Positions 19,921 through 33,913 of a stretch of 64,000 nucleotides of DNA are shown here, piece by piece. Positions within the stretch are counted from its first letter, which is position 1, and each line of letters begins with the position of its first letter. Under the pieces are notes generated by a model that ran no database searches, was not told the origin of the DNA, and worked only from the letters and a program-made list of their open reading frames with translations. The position numbers and the translations under genes were made by a program. This DNA comes from Macrostomum lignano (Eukaryota), in NCBI GenBank assembly GCA_002269645.1, contig NIVC01000494.1, forward strand, positions 434,001-498,000. The letters are read 5' to 3'.

Positions 19921-20579
19921 TTGCAGCGCATTTGGCAGCTAGATTCTGTCTATACATTGCTCCCCCCAAAATATACATTTGATATGCAGTTACTATCAAA
20001 ACGTTTTGATCGTGTAAATCTCTTTATTGAGATTAACACGTACAAAGCATTGGGAAGGCAATGCAGACAAAATCTGCCGCGTGGCAATTTAATAAATAAT
20101 TTTGAGAGGTTGAGTTTAATTTTAACCTCGTGCTTCAAACCCTACCCTATAAAACTTGACAGGTGCCGTCATTGATCAAGAAAAAACACAAAAGAAAAGA
20201 AAAGTGGTCCTAAAAAGTACATCCGGGTCCTAAAATACAAGCCAAAGAACTAACAATGGAGATAAGGACCCTAAGCATGCCTACTAGCAGTAGTTACATT
20301 ACATTACAACGACGCTAGGGTCGGGGGTAGTAGTAGTAGTAGAGAAAGAATAAGTCCAGTGAGGTGTTCTAGGATTGAAAAAAGTGCTTTCCCATCATTT
20401 TAAATAATTGTTCTAAATCAAAATGACTATGAAGGTATTCCTCTCGCATTTTTCGACGCATATTTAATATATACAATCTCTTGTGGGTGGACCATTTTTC
20501 AAGAAGTCCTCAACAGAGCAGAAGCAAATCAAACAAACAGCAAAAGAATTCAGTAGGATGGATTTCTCGAGAAGAGACT

Positions 20580-21340
20580 TCCTTGCTGCCCAACATCAGC
20601 TGGGAGCTCGTTAACAGAGAACCGGCCTAAAGGCTGAAGAAGCCCGGATGGAGGAGACGAGCTGTCGCTGAGCAAGAAAGTAAAGACATGCTGGACATCC
20701 CTAGGATCAGAGACCCCCTGAAGCGTCGTGGAGCAGCGGGAAGTCCGTTCGCTGTACCGTGAGCGGAACTCGACTTGACTCAAAAGAGGAAAACAGAGCC
20801 AAAGGTGTGGCTATGGTGGCGGCTGCAAGTGCCGGCACCGACTTCACTATTTTCACGGATGACTTGGTCAGTGCGGAAGGCAGAGGCAGCAGCGAAGCCG
20901 TCGTGATGCGCTGCGCTGATACCTGCAAGGATGACATTGGAGCGGGAGACATCATCGAGAAGCCAGCAGGAGAGGTGACCAGAGGTGATTTACAGGACCT
21001 CGGGCGTAGGGTTAGGCTTGCGTGTGTGCCAGCGCACTCAATGAGCCAGCCAAGGAGGGCGTGAGATCGCAGCGGGAGCGACTTGAGGCAGACTGAATGC
21101 TAAGCTACGTCTTGAGACTGCCAACTTTAGCCTCGACAGATGCCGCAATGTCTTCGGAGGTGGTAACACGGGGAATAAGACCGCGTTCAGCTCCATAGCC
21201 GTCAGCTTCCGCCGTTTTAGATCGGGACGTTCTCTGGAGCTCGCGTCCGAACTAAGATATCAATAAGGACGCAGAGCGTTGCAGATGCTGCGCGGTCACC
21301 TTCTGGACCAGGGCCAGACACGCCATCACTGAGTTTTCCG
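20580..21340 (+). mobile_element. Degenerate LINE remnant (RNase H-like + Cys/His knuckle)
   Basis: GC-rich insert absent from the paralogous spacer (about 29890). TIFTD...VRLACVPAH resembles LINE RNase H motifs (IFTDS / WVPAH). Downstream RCRCC..RHA. Followed by a hAT-like end caggggtcggcaacc at 21352. Confidence 0.45.
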
Positions 21341-22390
21341 ACCTATTAGACCAGGGGTCGGCAACCTTTTCTGGGCAAGGGCCAAATAGCCAAATTTTCA
21401 AGGGCTCAGGGCCAATAACATAAAAAAGTGAAAACCACATTGCATCCACGGACTATTTAATTGCCATTTAATTAGTTTAACTGCTTAAGTAGTCCGGTAG
21501 TAGTTCAGACTGCATCATTTCAGTCTGAACAAACAATTTTTTTATTGATGATTATCAAAACCTCAATTTCACCCCAACCATTGAAGTCCCCCAGCCCAAA
21601 ACCTGCCCTATTCCTTCAATTCTTAATCAAACTCCAATAACCACCCCTTTCTGGAAAAATTCAGCCCATCTGCCCCCACAGAAGGCCAACACAAAGATAA
21701 GGGGTGAGAAAGGTGAGATAGAGAGGGGAAGAAAGAGAAAGTGGACGCATACATGCGCAACCCCCCCCCCCCTAGATTTACACCGCCTGTGCGACTTACT
21801 TTTGACCAAAAATGCGACTTACCTATGAAAGAAAACCTAAACAAAAACAAACTTGATTTCGGGTATACGGCAGAAGTAATGATAACCGTATTATAAAGGC
21901 TAAATGCCTCGGCATCTAGTTAGTACCATCTGTATTTTCCGGTGGGGGCCCCTCACCAGCCGGCCGGATCGGCCGGATGTTGCGCATGTACATGTATCAG
22001 GTAGAGTGAAGGTTAGGGGGCCGGATACAATGCTAGATCAACTTTTTCATCAACAGCAACAAACAACAACAACAGCAGCATCAACAGCTAGTGTTCTGTT
22101 GGCTCGTGGACGAGATGACTAACAATGTACACTTTAATTGTTTTCATAACTTGCATGTGGAAAAGTCAGGCAAATTTACGATGGAAACGAGAAATTCAAA
22201 ATTTGTAGAGAATTGTACAGTTTGTAGAGAACGATTGCATACTCGTATATTTTCTAACTAAATCTGAGTTACCCTTATTTTCCAGAAAAGACCGGACTAA
22301 TCAAGTATAATCATAAAGAAGGCTTTCTTTGCCTTTGCTAGTTCAATCAGCAAGCAACTGCCAAGAGCTGTCATTCCCAAAAGCGCTGAA

Positions 22391-22434
22391 ATGCTCAGCC
22401 TCTGGTTACTGTGGACATGCAGCATCCTGCTTGG
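22391..22434 (+). other. Extra copy of the B3/B4 signal-peptide exon (MLSLWLLWTCSILLG|gtaagc): orphan or alternative first exon
   Basis: 44-nt exon with intact ATG and donor, plus about 250 bp upstream, matching 24860-24903 and 34503-34546. Confidence 0.75.
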
Positions 22435-22530
22435 GTAAGCAAATAACCTTTTAACAATTGTTTACCGCAACAAATATGCAACAAACAAAAAAAGACATCA
22501 AGCGCATTTGAAGATACAACTGCTGGTATG

Positions 22531-23555
22531 TGTAGATTGGCTGGCCAATCGCTGTTAGCGGGGCCGGGGGGGGGGCTTGTCGTCGCCCGTGTTTGGGGGT
22601 GCTTGGCCCGGGGGTGGGTGTCTGTGGGGCCTTTTTAGCCCCGTGCGTTGTGCCCGCCTCAGCCTATCTCTCCTCGCCAGCTTGCTTGCGTTTTTTTTCG
22701 CGATTTTTGGCTAGCCCAACTTAATTACTCAACTTACTCTGGGTACTATGAGTTTGCGTAGGATGACTGTAAATCAGCTTCGTGAAGAATTGAGTGATAG
22801 GGGCCTGAGCACGCACGGCTAAAAGAAAGACCTGGTCAGCAGACTCTCCACTGCGATTAACCAGAGCGAAGCAGCTAGTCGGCGGGAACAAGCGGCGTCA
22901 AACTCCGCGGAGACCGACAGCGAAGGTCGGCGGCAGCAGCAGCAACAACGGCTGGAGGCAGGGGAGGCGCTGGACCTAGCAGAGCTCCGGCGGAAGATAG
23001 CTAGCCTGGAATCGGAGACGGCAGCAATGCGCCAGCAGCTGGAAGGCCGATTTAGACCAGGTGAGGTGGACCAACAGCTTCTTAATGAGCCCTCTGATTG
23101 TAGTAGCGACATGAATATCCCGAGTATGCTCAGAGGTCCCGGGTTAGAGACCAGGCTCGAACCCTCAGTAGCTCAACTAGGGCTACGGGCGGCACCACTC
23201 GTCGTTGCGGATTTCTGCGGTTTCGACCCTCGGACGGCGTCGGCGAGTCGTAGAGAAAAGGTGCTGCATCCAACCGCCAATCAGCCTAAACCCGAATCGC
23301 TGGGAATCGGTCAGTGGATAGCCGGCAACGCGCGCATCCTCGACGCCCTGATCTCTAGGGGCCAGCTCGACCTGGAAGGCGTTCGGCAGTACTTGCAGTA
23401 CAATGTGCAGATCGGTGAGCTAGTGTAGAGTATTATATCTCCCAGAAAAGTTATTTAAAATTGTTAACGTACTACTTAAATAGTAGTAATTTGAGGAGCA
23501 TGTATAAGGATATGCGCTGAACCATACATATATTCGAATTAACCAATAGAAAGAG
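22531..23555 (+). mobile_element. Truncated DIRS/Ngaro-like retrotransposon: gag-like ORF with N-terminal SAP domain and one in-frame stop
   Basis: Frame 22748-23428 reads MTVNQLREELSDRGLSTHG*KKDLVSRL (SAP consensus, TAA at 22820), a coiled coil, then IGQWIAGNARILDALISRG..YLQYNVQIGEL, typical of tyrosine-recombinase retroelement ORF1. Flanked by the 19-bp repeat agatacaactgctggtatg (22512-22530, 23556-23574). Confidence 0.6.
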
Positions 23556-23574
23556 AGATACAACTGCTGGTATG

Positions 23575-24150
23575 ACTCATTTTTGCACCGCAGGCACTCA
23601 TTTTTGCGCCGCAGACACTCATTTTGGCGCCACAAGCGGGCACGCATTTTGGCGCCACAGGCATTCATTTTTGCGCCGCAGACACTCGTTTTGGCGCCAC
23701 AAGCGGGCACTCATTTTAGCGCCACAGGCATTCATTTTTGCGCCGCAGACACTCGTTTTGGCGCCATAAGCGGGCACTCATTTTGGCGCCAGAGGCACTC
23801 ATTTTGGCTTCACAGGCACTCATGTTGGTGCCACAGGCAGGCACTCATTTTGGCTCCACAGGCAATTATTTTGGCGCCACAGGCAGGCACTCATTTTGGC
23901 GCCACAGGCATTCATTTTTGCGCCGCAGACACTCATTTTGGCGCCACAAGCGGGCACTCATTTTGGCGCCAGAGGCACTCATTTTAGCTTCACAGGCACT
24001 CATGTTGGTACCACAGGCAGGCATTCATTTTGGCGCCACAGGTACTCATGTTGGTGCCACAGGCAGGCACTCATTTTGGCTCCACAGGCATTTATTTTGG
24101 CGCCACAGACAGGCACTCATTTTGGCGCCACAGGCACTCATTTTTGCTAT
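23575..24150. repeat. Minisatellite of 21/22/25-bp variants (cactcattttggcgccacagg) with about 68-bp higher-order unit
   Basis: Visible tandem variants. It gives the HFGATG, ILAPQA and HSFWRH pseudo-ORFs. Confidence 0.92.
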
Positions 24151-24859
24151 ATTTTGGCGCTGTGGGGCAAATTTTTGATCGTCATAAAGCGTCACAAAAT
24201 GGAGTGGCCGGGTTCAAAGCATTGGCATGTCACCCATAGCTTTTACTGGGAAGGCATGTCCCACTGTACTGTCAACCCCTCGATGGCGACGCGCCTGCGT
24301 TAGACATAGTTATCACTATAGAAGTGTTCAAAGTTACCTGTTATTTGCACTCTCATGCCTCAGTCATGCAATGGAATAGTCGAGCCAATTTCACATGTAC
24401 AGCCAATAATCCGTTGGCTGTCCATCCATTTCAGAATGCTACATGTATGTTTTGAATTCCTTACTGAAATAGCTGTAATAGGCTGTGAAGGGACTGCTTT
24501 TTAATGATGTTTACATGTAAAACCATAACACTAACTCATTGTACACACAGGCACTTTTGGCATGATTTCGGGCGCGGAGGGGTGGGCAAACGAAAAATTC
24601 CATGACAATTTCATGGTCAAGTATTTATCGAACCTGTAACTAAACTAAACTACAAGCGATTTAATATTCTTGACAGCTCTGTCCAAACGACCGCATACAC
24701 TTTCTAACTAAATCTGAATTATCCTTTATTTTGCGAGACTTTGTATAAGATTACGAGCTTATAATAAAGCTTATAGTAATAAAGGAGGAAGCTTTCTTTG
24801 CTGCTGCTAATTCAATCAGCAAGCAACTGCCAAAAACTGTCATTCCCAAAAGCGCTGAA

Positions 24860-27247
24860 ATGCTCAGCCTCTGGTTACTGTGGACATGTAGCATCCTGCT
24901 TGGGTAAGCAAATCTTTAACAACGTATTGTTGTCCTCTTTACAAGAAATACAAAAAGAAAACTATATACGGTCGCTAATACTTGGCTTTTATTGCTTTTA
25001 GAATGAATGCGTCACGTTCGACCCGAGTAACTACTTTATAACCTTTGTGGTCGAGGCATGACATTGAATTTTAGCCTAGCTTAAACAACATTTTCGAGTG
25101 TAAACGTTGAGCAATCCATTGTCTACGACGTAATAACTCTTGGTTAGGACGTAAGGAATTAAGATGCCAAATGGAATCGGTACACAGATACAATCAATTG
25201 CAAGAAAGGCTATCGAGCATGGCAGCTATTTTGTACTTTGATTTTAGATTCCCCTGGCTTGACAGTACGCTCGTATGGCTTTGCACTGATCTCATACATT
25301 TATAAAATATCTACAACATGTTATCATAAATTAATTTCAAACCTCACGCAAAGCCGAAGCGGGACATTACTACTGCCGCGTCGGTGGAACAGTTGTTGAA
25401 ATCAGCGACCAATATGGACGCGTTGATCACTTGGTACTTCCATGGAAAGAAAACGCGATCAGTTCAGCCAATATTAGTAACGAATGCAAATGGCAGTTCG
25501 AAGGCAATTTCAGTAGTGATCCCATCATGCTCCTGAGAGGATTTGACACATCCAAGGTGGACCTGAGTCGCAGAAGGGTCATCAGATCCACTGAGACTTC
25601 GATTTCTAGTTCGAGTTCGCCAGCTGCACGAATTCAGTACCGATTCATGCTCGATACTTGTGAGTAATCAGATTTTAATTTCCGACTATGGAATTGTTAA
25701 TTCAATCGACTTAATGAAAGTTTTATTGAACGAAAATCATCTTACTGAGTGGTGACTTTTTCAAGTTATCCAATAAATTACCTAAACATCAAACTGAGCT
25801 ATAAGCAAATCTACTGAAACACAGCTCATAGTTTGATTTCAGAAACAATAACTTTTAATTCATTTCCTCTTTCAGTCGTTTCTAAAGGAACGTGTCCTGC
25901 TAGAGCTAATCGAGACTGGCACTCTGTGGACCTGGACACAGTTCACGCTTTGCAGCTTTCAAAACGGTCGGTTGTTACCGTTCTCTGAACTGTTGGTTTG
26001 GTGAGACTTCATTTTTATTCGAATAGCTGAACCTTCTTTCTCATTTCAGGGCTGATTTGATTGTCAAGTTCATCGCCAACTCCAGCAGGAATCCCCACGA
26101 CACACCGGGTCTGCAAATCCAGCTGATGGAGCCAGGATTCTGCAGCACAGATGTTGCCTACTTTGAGCACAGCTGCTACACAATCTCATCGGCTCAGAGG
26201 TCGCTGAAAGCAGAGCTGACTGCAATCTGCAGAGATTCAGGACTCACACAGCTGGCCACTTTTAACAGCTCCAGCGCTCTGCAGAACTTTGTGGCTCAAA
26301 GTAAGCTGCCATAGTTACAACGTAACAAGTGATTGAAGATTGCATGGTTACGCAATTTGACTCAAACTCTGTCGATGATATTTGCAGGCCAGCGGACCCG
26401 TGTTGGAACCGGTCTGGACGCCCACAGAAAAACTCCGCTCAATCTCACACAGCCAGTTCGCATCGGGATTCTGCACGATCAGCTGACTGACTCCATTTTC
26501 TACCTGAGCAACTCAAATGGCGAACTGGAACTGAAGCCGCTTGTCGACTCAAATAATCTGTGAGCATTTTCTCTTTGGATTTGCTCTCCATCAGGTGCCA
26601 ATCATAAAGTGCTCGTATTTCTTAACTGCAGCTACTACAATGTCCGACCTACGAGTTCGAGATTCTCATGCGGCTCCCTGAAACTTGCTCAGTCAGCCGA
26701 TGGCACCGAGGTGTCCTTCGGAGTCGTCGAGTTTGTCAGCTGCAGCGAGTCGCTGCCGGCGCTGCTCAGCTTTCGAGACACCGCCAGAAACTGCTGCTGC
26801 GGCTGCAGTGCCAGAGCTGTGCTCAGCCAGATTGAAAGCGCGGAATCTCACGTAGTTTTCTGTGAGACTCCCTCTGAAGCATCTACTACGACACCCAATC
26901 CGAGACCTCGGTCGGAAACCGTATCGAGAATCAGTAGGTCTGATGCTGTTGCTCCGAAATCGGATTCCACAGACAGTCGCCGAGAAATTTCGCAAGAAAC
27001 TGAAATGAAGAGAGTTGAATGCGATTTGTACTTTATTCCATTTTTTGCCGTGCTTGCGTACGCGATTTTGTTAAGTATAGGCATGATCATTGGCGCTTGC
27101 TACTTTTGTTACAGGATTCGCTCGCCTCCACCGGGCACATTGACCCGTATTTATTACACGGAAAGCACGCTGGGGCCAAGCAGGACTTCAAGTTTAGCCC
27201 GTAACCCTGCTGATATTTTATTTGACCCCAGCAACCGTTGCAGTTAG
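24860..27247 (+). CDS. Gene B3: CUB-like + CTLD-like type I membrane protein, about 493 aa, chimeric; exon-2 acceptor mutated (possible pseudogene)
   Basis: Exons 24860-24903, 25352-25659, 25876-25966, 26050-26300, 26388-26559, 26632-27247 (1482 nt, open). Expected acceptor cag reads caa at 25349-25351. Confidence 0.72.
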
Positions 27248-28629
27248 CCACATTCTTCTCGTAATCGCAACTTTTCAAACTATATGCATGTTTGTAACGG
27301 GACAATATAATAAAACGATGCACTGTTAACCATATCGTATTTGACAGATTTGTTTGCTGCACTATAATTGTTTTGATCAGCTCAAAAATTGCTCTACAAC
27401 GATGAGTGAAATTTTACATGCGCGTGTATTGAGGAGACCAATACTCGTACTGCTGAATGAACTATAGTTATAGTTACATCCAATATTCGATTGTACTAAA
27501 AATATATTCTAAAATTTTGGTATGATTACTTTTAGTATTTATCTGACAGGCCCTGGCTCTCCTTATTCAAGCACTGACCAGATGTTTTTGTTAAAATAAT
27601 GCATGAATCCTCGCCGATAGCAGAAAAATTACGAGCGTACTGACGAGCGAATAGCTGCATATATATAATATTCTGAGCCTACAGCGCTGCTGCAAAAAGC
27701 AAAGAATATGACATCTTATCGTTTTCGAGCTAAATGTATGGTCAATATTTTCTTTTTGTTGATGTAATTTTCATGAGCACCCGTTTTGATATCTTTGTTG
27801 TTTTTTGATTACTCGGTTAAATTACCCACAAACGTTTACACCTATTGCACTCTGAAAATAGATAGAAAAAACTTTTCAATCAGTCTTGCATGCAAATTCT
27901 GCCCTAATTCATGTAATTCACTTGAGGTAAAAATAAACCAAGTTGCCAAGTTACCTGTAGGATTTAAAATTTTGTAAGTATTTTGTAAAACTGATGGATT
28001 CGACCTGAGACAGCTGAGAACAGAATTTTTCAGCCAGCGAGATTGCTTACAGACGCCGAAACCCCTACCAAAGACATGGTGATCGGGCAAGAAGCTGTGG
28101 AAGCTCCTTGTTTGGCGACTCTGTCTTCGATATGTCGAGGCAATGCAGCTCCGGCTTCCAGGTGGTGGCGTCCGGCTTCCCGGCTTCTGGCAATCTTACA
28201 CAGACAGCGTGCAGTTGGTCTCCCTTGTTTTTTCGTACAGCAAGAACGTCGCGACTTTAAAGCAACTCTCCACTCTCGGATCCGATTATTCGATCAGATT
28301 TGCCTTCTCACTATAAGCTCGCAAGCGCTTAAACTGATTGAAAGTTCGAGCTAGTCGATCTTAGCATTTTCTGGCACATGGCATAGGCGAAATACCAAAT
28401 TAAACGGGCCTCGATAAAGATCGCTTCCTCTCTATCGGTCTCTGTCTGTCCACTCTTTAGCTACATGTATAGAACGTCTTCTCTACCTTGGGGCTGACTA
28501 TACTGGCCCCCAGACTGTATACATTTATGTACGTTCGTTCGCAGAAAAAGCATTCAATTACCAGTCATTTGTAGATAAATAACAGATAAATCTTCTCCAC
28601 GTAAGACCGTGACAGCTGAAGAATAAAAA

Positions 28630-28950
28630 ATGAAGGTAAAGAGCGACGGTTGGTGGGTCGGTAAAAGAACCGACCTCAGGGAGATGTGCATGGTCCTAAC
28701 CGGCAATGGATTCTTCCAGAGACATGTTTCGTTGCAAACCGGTTGCCCCGCCACCTGTCTTTTCTGTGATGTAGGAGAGGAGACCGCGGAAGTATCACGT
28801 CACTTTCTGCCCTTACTTCAATAGGTACGGTACAAACATCGTCGGCCCACCCCCATGGGATGGACGAGCTGAACACCCTGGACAACATCCGTGATCTTCA
28901 CGCCTTCGTCCGAGATACCGACCGGAGGAGGGTCGCTGATGCCTCCTCTA
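28630..28950 (+). mobile_element. Degenerate LINE 3' end (paralog of 18455-18770)
   Basis: [40 protein letters not shown], then MDELNTLDNIRDLHAFVRDT. Confidence 0.6.
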
Positions 28951-30222
28951 CAAACCTGGCGATTGCTGGCTGGACTGGGCGCACCTTTAAGGTTAAACCT
29001 TGGCCTCTTTTACCTTGGAGTTGCAATAGGGGCCTCGCAGCTTGATCGCAGCGCCTGTTACCCCCGCCAGTAGTAAGTACGAGCGATCAACAGGGATAAC
29101 TGTTGATGACTGCTGCTGCTGCTCTTAAATTATGTTCAGGAACACCGCTGATTATGATTTAGATCTGAGGAGACTTGATTTTATTAAGGCCGATGTTGGC
29201 GATGGGGAAAAGACTTGAGTCAGTGGAAAGTGGATGCCAGGTGACTCTCACTCGTGAACTTAGGACGTGACCGGCTCGAGAGCAGGGGTAGCTGGATGGC
29301 CATTCTACCAAATAGTGACCAGATGGTCGGGTCGCACTGAAGATCCAAGCCAAATTTCCCGTCTTTTATAAATTTTCGATGTTGTGCGATTTTATGAATT
29401 TCGTGATTAAACGAGCATAATCTCAACCTGGTAGATCGATTCTAATAGGTTGAGTTCAAGACGCCGCATGCGCAAATCCTACCCTATCAAATTTGACAGG
29501 TGCTGTCATAAATCATGAAAAAACACAAAAAGAGAGGACGCAAGCCAAGAACTAATAAAGGAGAGAAATACCCTAAGTATGCCTACTAGCAGTAATAGAG
29601 AAGAATGAAGAAGGCCAATGAGCTATTCTAAAAGTGAGAAAGTGCTTCCTCATCAGTTTTAATTCTCGTAATTATACTGGATAAAACAATTATTATGAAG
29701 GTATTCCTTGTTTCCAGTCATATTTAATAGACGAAGTACACATGGATAAAGAGCGGCCAGGGGTCCTTGACCAAAACCATCGATCTCTTGCGATGAACCT
29801 TTTTTTCAAGGAGTTCTAAAAAACGAGCGGAAAAAGATAGAGCAAACAGAGAAAACATTTTTCAGCGGGACGGATTTCTTGAGAAGAAACGAGACGAGAT
29901 GACGAGATGACTGACAATGTATACTAAAAAAACATTTTCATAGCTTGGAAGTGGAACAATCAGGCAGAGTGACGATGGCAAAATTCAAAAGCTTTCTGGC
30001 TTCTCGGCCAGTTGTCCAATCAGTTCTGAGTCTGTGTGCCGAATTTTCATTAGCTTCTTATCGGAAGTCTTTTATCAATTAGCTCGTAACAAAATTTATT
30101 ATTAGCTGCAATATTTGTTTTAAGGATCAGATTTATATTTGCATTGGTATCTCTAGAACATTTTTATTATTAAGACTGAGCATGCCAATTCTCTTAGAGT
30201 TGTGCTGCCCCATCCATGCATT

Positions 30223-33200
30223 CAGAGGCGGATTTAAACCATAGGAGTAGGGCACCATAATATACACGAGAGGGGCACCATAATATACACTAGAGGGGCA
30301 CCATAATATACACTAGAGGGGCACCATAATATACACTAGAGGGGCACCATAATATACACGAAAGGGGCACCATAATATACACGAGAGGGGCACCATAATA
30401 TACACTAGAGGGGCACCATAATATACACTAGAGGGGCACCATAATATACACTAGAGGGGCACCATAATATACACGAAAGGGGCACCATAATATACACGAG
30501 AGGGGCACCATAATATACACGAGAGGGGCACCATAATATACACTAGAGGGGCACCATAATATACACGAGAGGGGCACCATAATATACACTAGAGGGGCAC
30601 CATAATATACACGAGAGGGGCACCATAATATACACGAGAGGGGCGCCATAATATACACGAGAGGGGCACCATAATATACACGAGAGGGGCACCATAATAT
30701 ACACTAGAGGGGCACCATAATATACACTAGAGGGGCACCATAATATACACGAGAGGGGCACCATAATATACACGAGAGGGGCACCATAATATACACGAGA
30801 GGGGCACCATAATATACACGAGAGGGGCACCATAATATACACGAGAGGGGCACCATAATATACACTAGAGGGGCACCATAATATACACTAGAGGGGCACC
30901 ATAATATACACGAAAGGGGCACCATAATATACACGAGAGGGGCACCATAATATTCACGAGAGGGGCACCATAATATACACGAGAGGGGCACCATAATATA
31001 CACGAGAGGGGCACCATAATATACACTAGAGGGGCACCATAATATACACTAGAGGGGCACCATAATATACACGAGAGGGGCGCCATAATATTCACGAGAG
31101 GGGCACCATAATATACACGAGAGGGGCACCATAATATACACTAGAGGGGCACCATAATATACACGAAAGGGGCACCATAATATACACGAGAGGGGCACCA
31201 TAATATTCACGAGAGGGGCACCATAATATACACGAGAGGGGCACCATAATATACACGAGAGGGGCACCATAATATACACTAGAGGGGCACCATAATATAC
31301 ACTAGAGGGGCACCATAATATACACGAGAGGGGAACCATAATATACACTAGAGGGGCACCGTAATATACACTAGAGGGGCACCATAATATACACGAGAGG
31401 GGCACCATAACATACACTAGAGGGGCACCATAATATACACTAGAGGGGCACCATAATATACACTAGAGGGGCACCATAATATACACGAGAGGGGCACCAT
31501 AATATACACGAGAGGGGCACCATAATATACACGAGAGGGGCACCATAATATACACTAGAGGGGCACCATAATATACACTAGAGGGGCACCATAATATACA
31601 CTAGAGGGGCACCATAATATACACTAGAGGGGCACCATAATATACACGAAAGGGGCACCATAATATACACGAGAGGGGCACCATAATATACACGAAAGGG
31701 GCACCATAATATACACGAGAGGGGCACCATAATATACACGAGAGGGGCACCATAATATACACTAGAGGGGCACCATAATATACACGAGAGGGGCACCATA
31801 ATATACACGAGAGGGGCGCCATAATATACACGAGAGGGGCACCATAATATACACGAGAGGGGCACCATAATATACACGAGAGGGGCACCATAATATACAC
31901 GAGAGGGGCACCATAATATACACGAGAGGGGCACCATAATATACACGAGAGGGGCACCATAATATACACGAGAGGGGCACCATAATATACACGAGAGGGG
32001 CACCATAATATACACTAGAGGGGCACCATAATATACACTAGAGGGGCACCATAATATACACGAGAGGGGCACCATAATATACACTAGAGGGGCACCATAA
32101 TATTCACGAGAGGGGCACCATAATATACACGAGAGGGGCACCATAATATACACTAGAGAAGCACCATAATATACACTAGAGGGGCACCATAATATACACG
32201 AGAGGGGCACCATAATATACACGAGAGGGGCGCCATAATATACACGAGAGGGGCACCATAATATACATGAGAGGGGCACCATAATATACACGAGAGGGGA
32301 ACCATAATATACACTAGAGGGGCACCGTAATATACACTAGAGGGGCACCATAATATACACGAGAGGGGCACCATAACATACACTAGAGGGGCACCATAAT
32401 ATACACTAGAGGGGCACCATAATATACACTAGAGGGGCACCATAATATACACGAGAGGGGCACCATAATATACACGAGAGGGGCACCATAATATACACGA
32501 GAGGGGCACCATAATATACACTAGAGGGGCACCATAATATACACTAGAGGGGCACCATAATATACACTAGAGGGGCACCATAATATACACTAGAGGGGCA
32601 CCATAATATACACGAAAGGGGCACCATAATATACACGAGAGGGGCACCATAATATACACGAAAGGGGCACCATAATATACACGAGAGGGGCACCATAATA
32701 TACACGAGAGGGGCACCATAATATACACTAGAGGGGCACCATAATATACACGAGAGGGGCACCATAATATACACGAGAGGGGCGCCATAATATACACGAG
32801 AGGGGCACCATAATATACACGAGAGGGGCACCATAATATACACGAGAGGGGCACCATAATATACACGAGAGGGGCACCATAATATACACGAGAGGGGCAC
32901 CATAATATACACGAGAGGGGAACCATAATATACACTAGAGGGGCACCGTAATATACACTAGAGGGGCACCATAATATACACGAGAGGGGCACCATAACAT
33001 ACACTAGAGGGGCACCATAATATACACTAGAGGGGCACCATAATATACACTAGAGGGGCACCATAATATACACGAGAGGGGCACCATAATATACACGAGA
33101 GGGGCACCATAATATACACGAGAGGGGCACCATAATATACACTAGAGGGGCACCATAATATACACTAGAGGGGCACCATAATATACACTAGAGGGGCACC

Positions 33201-33913
33201 ATAATATACACTAGAGGGGCACCATAATATACACGAAAGGGGCACCATAATATACACGAGAGGGGCACCATAATATACACGAAAGGGGCACCATAATATA
33301 CACGAGAGGGGCACCATAATATACACGAGAGGGGCACCATAATATACACTAGAGGGGCACCATAATATACACGAGAGGGGCACCATAATATACACGAGAG
33401 GGGCGCCATAATATACACGAGAGGGGCACCATAATATACACGAGAGGGGCACCATAATATACACGAGAGGGGCACCATAATATACACGAGAGGGGCACCA
33501 TAATATACACGAGAGGGGCACCATAATATACACGAGAGGGGCACCATAATATACACGAGAGGGGCACCATAATATACACGAGAGGGGCACCATAATATAC
33601 ACCAGAGGGGCACCATAATATACACTAGAGGGGCACCATAATATACACGAGAGGGGCACCATAATATACACGAGAGGGGCACCATAATATTCACGAGAGG
33701 GGCACCATAATATACACGAGAGGGGCACCATAATATACAATAGAGGGGCACCATAATATACACGAGAGGGGCGCCATAATTTTGACGAGAGAGGCGCCAT
33801 ACTAAGCAAAATGAGGACGGTGAGGACTTTTTGTAGACCAAAGGAAAAGGGACGAAATCATCGCCAGCCACAAGGTCCACCCCGCCCACACCCTTAAATC
33901 CGCCCCGCCCCTG
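30223..33913. mobile_element. Non-autonomous hAT-type DNA element whose interior is a 23-bp minisatellite
   Basis: Ends cagaggcggatttaa and ttaaatccgccccgcccctg (inverted), with an exact 8-bp TSD catgcatt at 30215-30222 and 33914-33921. Confidence 0.8.
30250..33780. repeat. 23-bp minisatellite (aatatacacgagaggggcaccat), about 150 copies, with higher-order structure
   Basis: cga/cta variants. A rare gaacc variant block recurs at 31333, 32299 and 32920, spacings of 966 (42 units) and 621 (27 units). Confidence 0.98.

Larger units (their letters stand above)
19024..20332. repeat. 233-bp direct repeat (19024-19256 and 20100-20332) flanking an about 840-bp insert
   Basis: Near-identical copies. 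The paralogous spacer near 29430-29600 has a single diverged copy. Confidence 0.9.
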
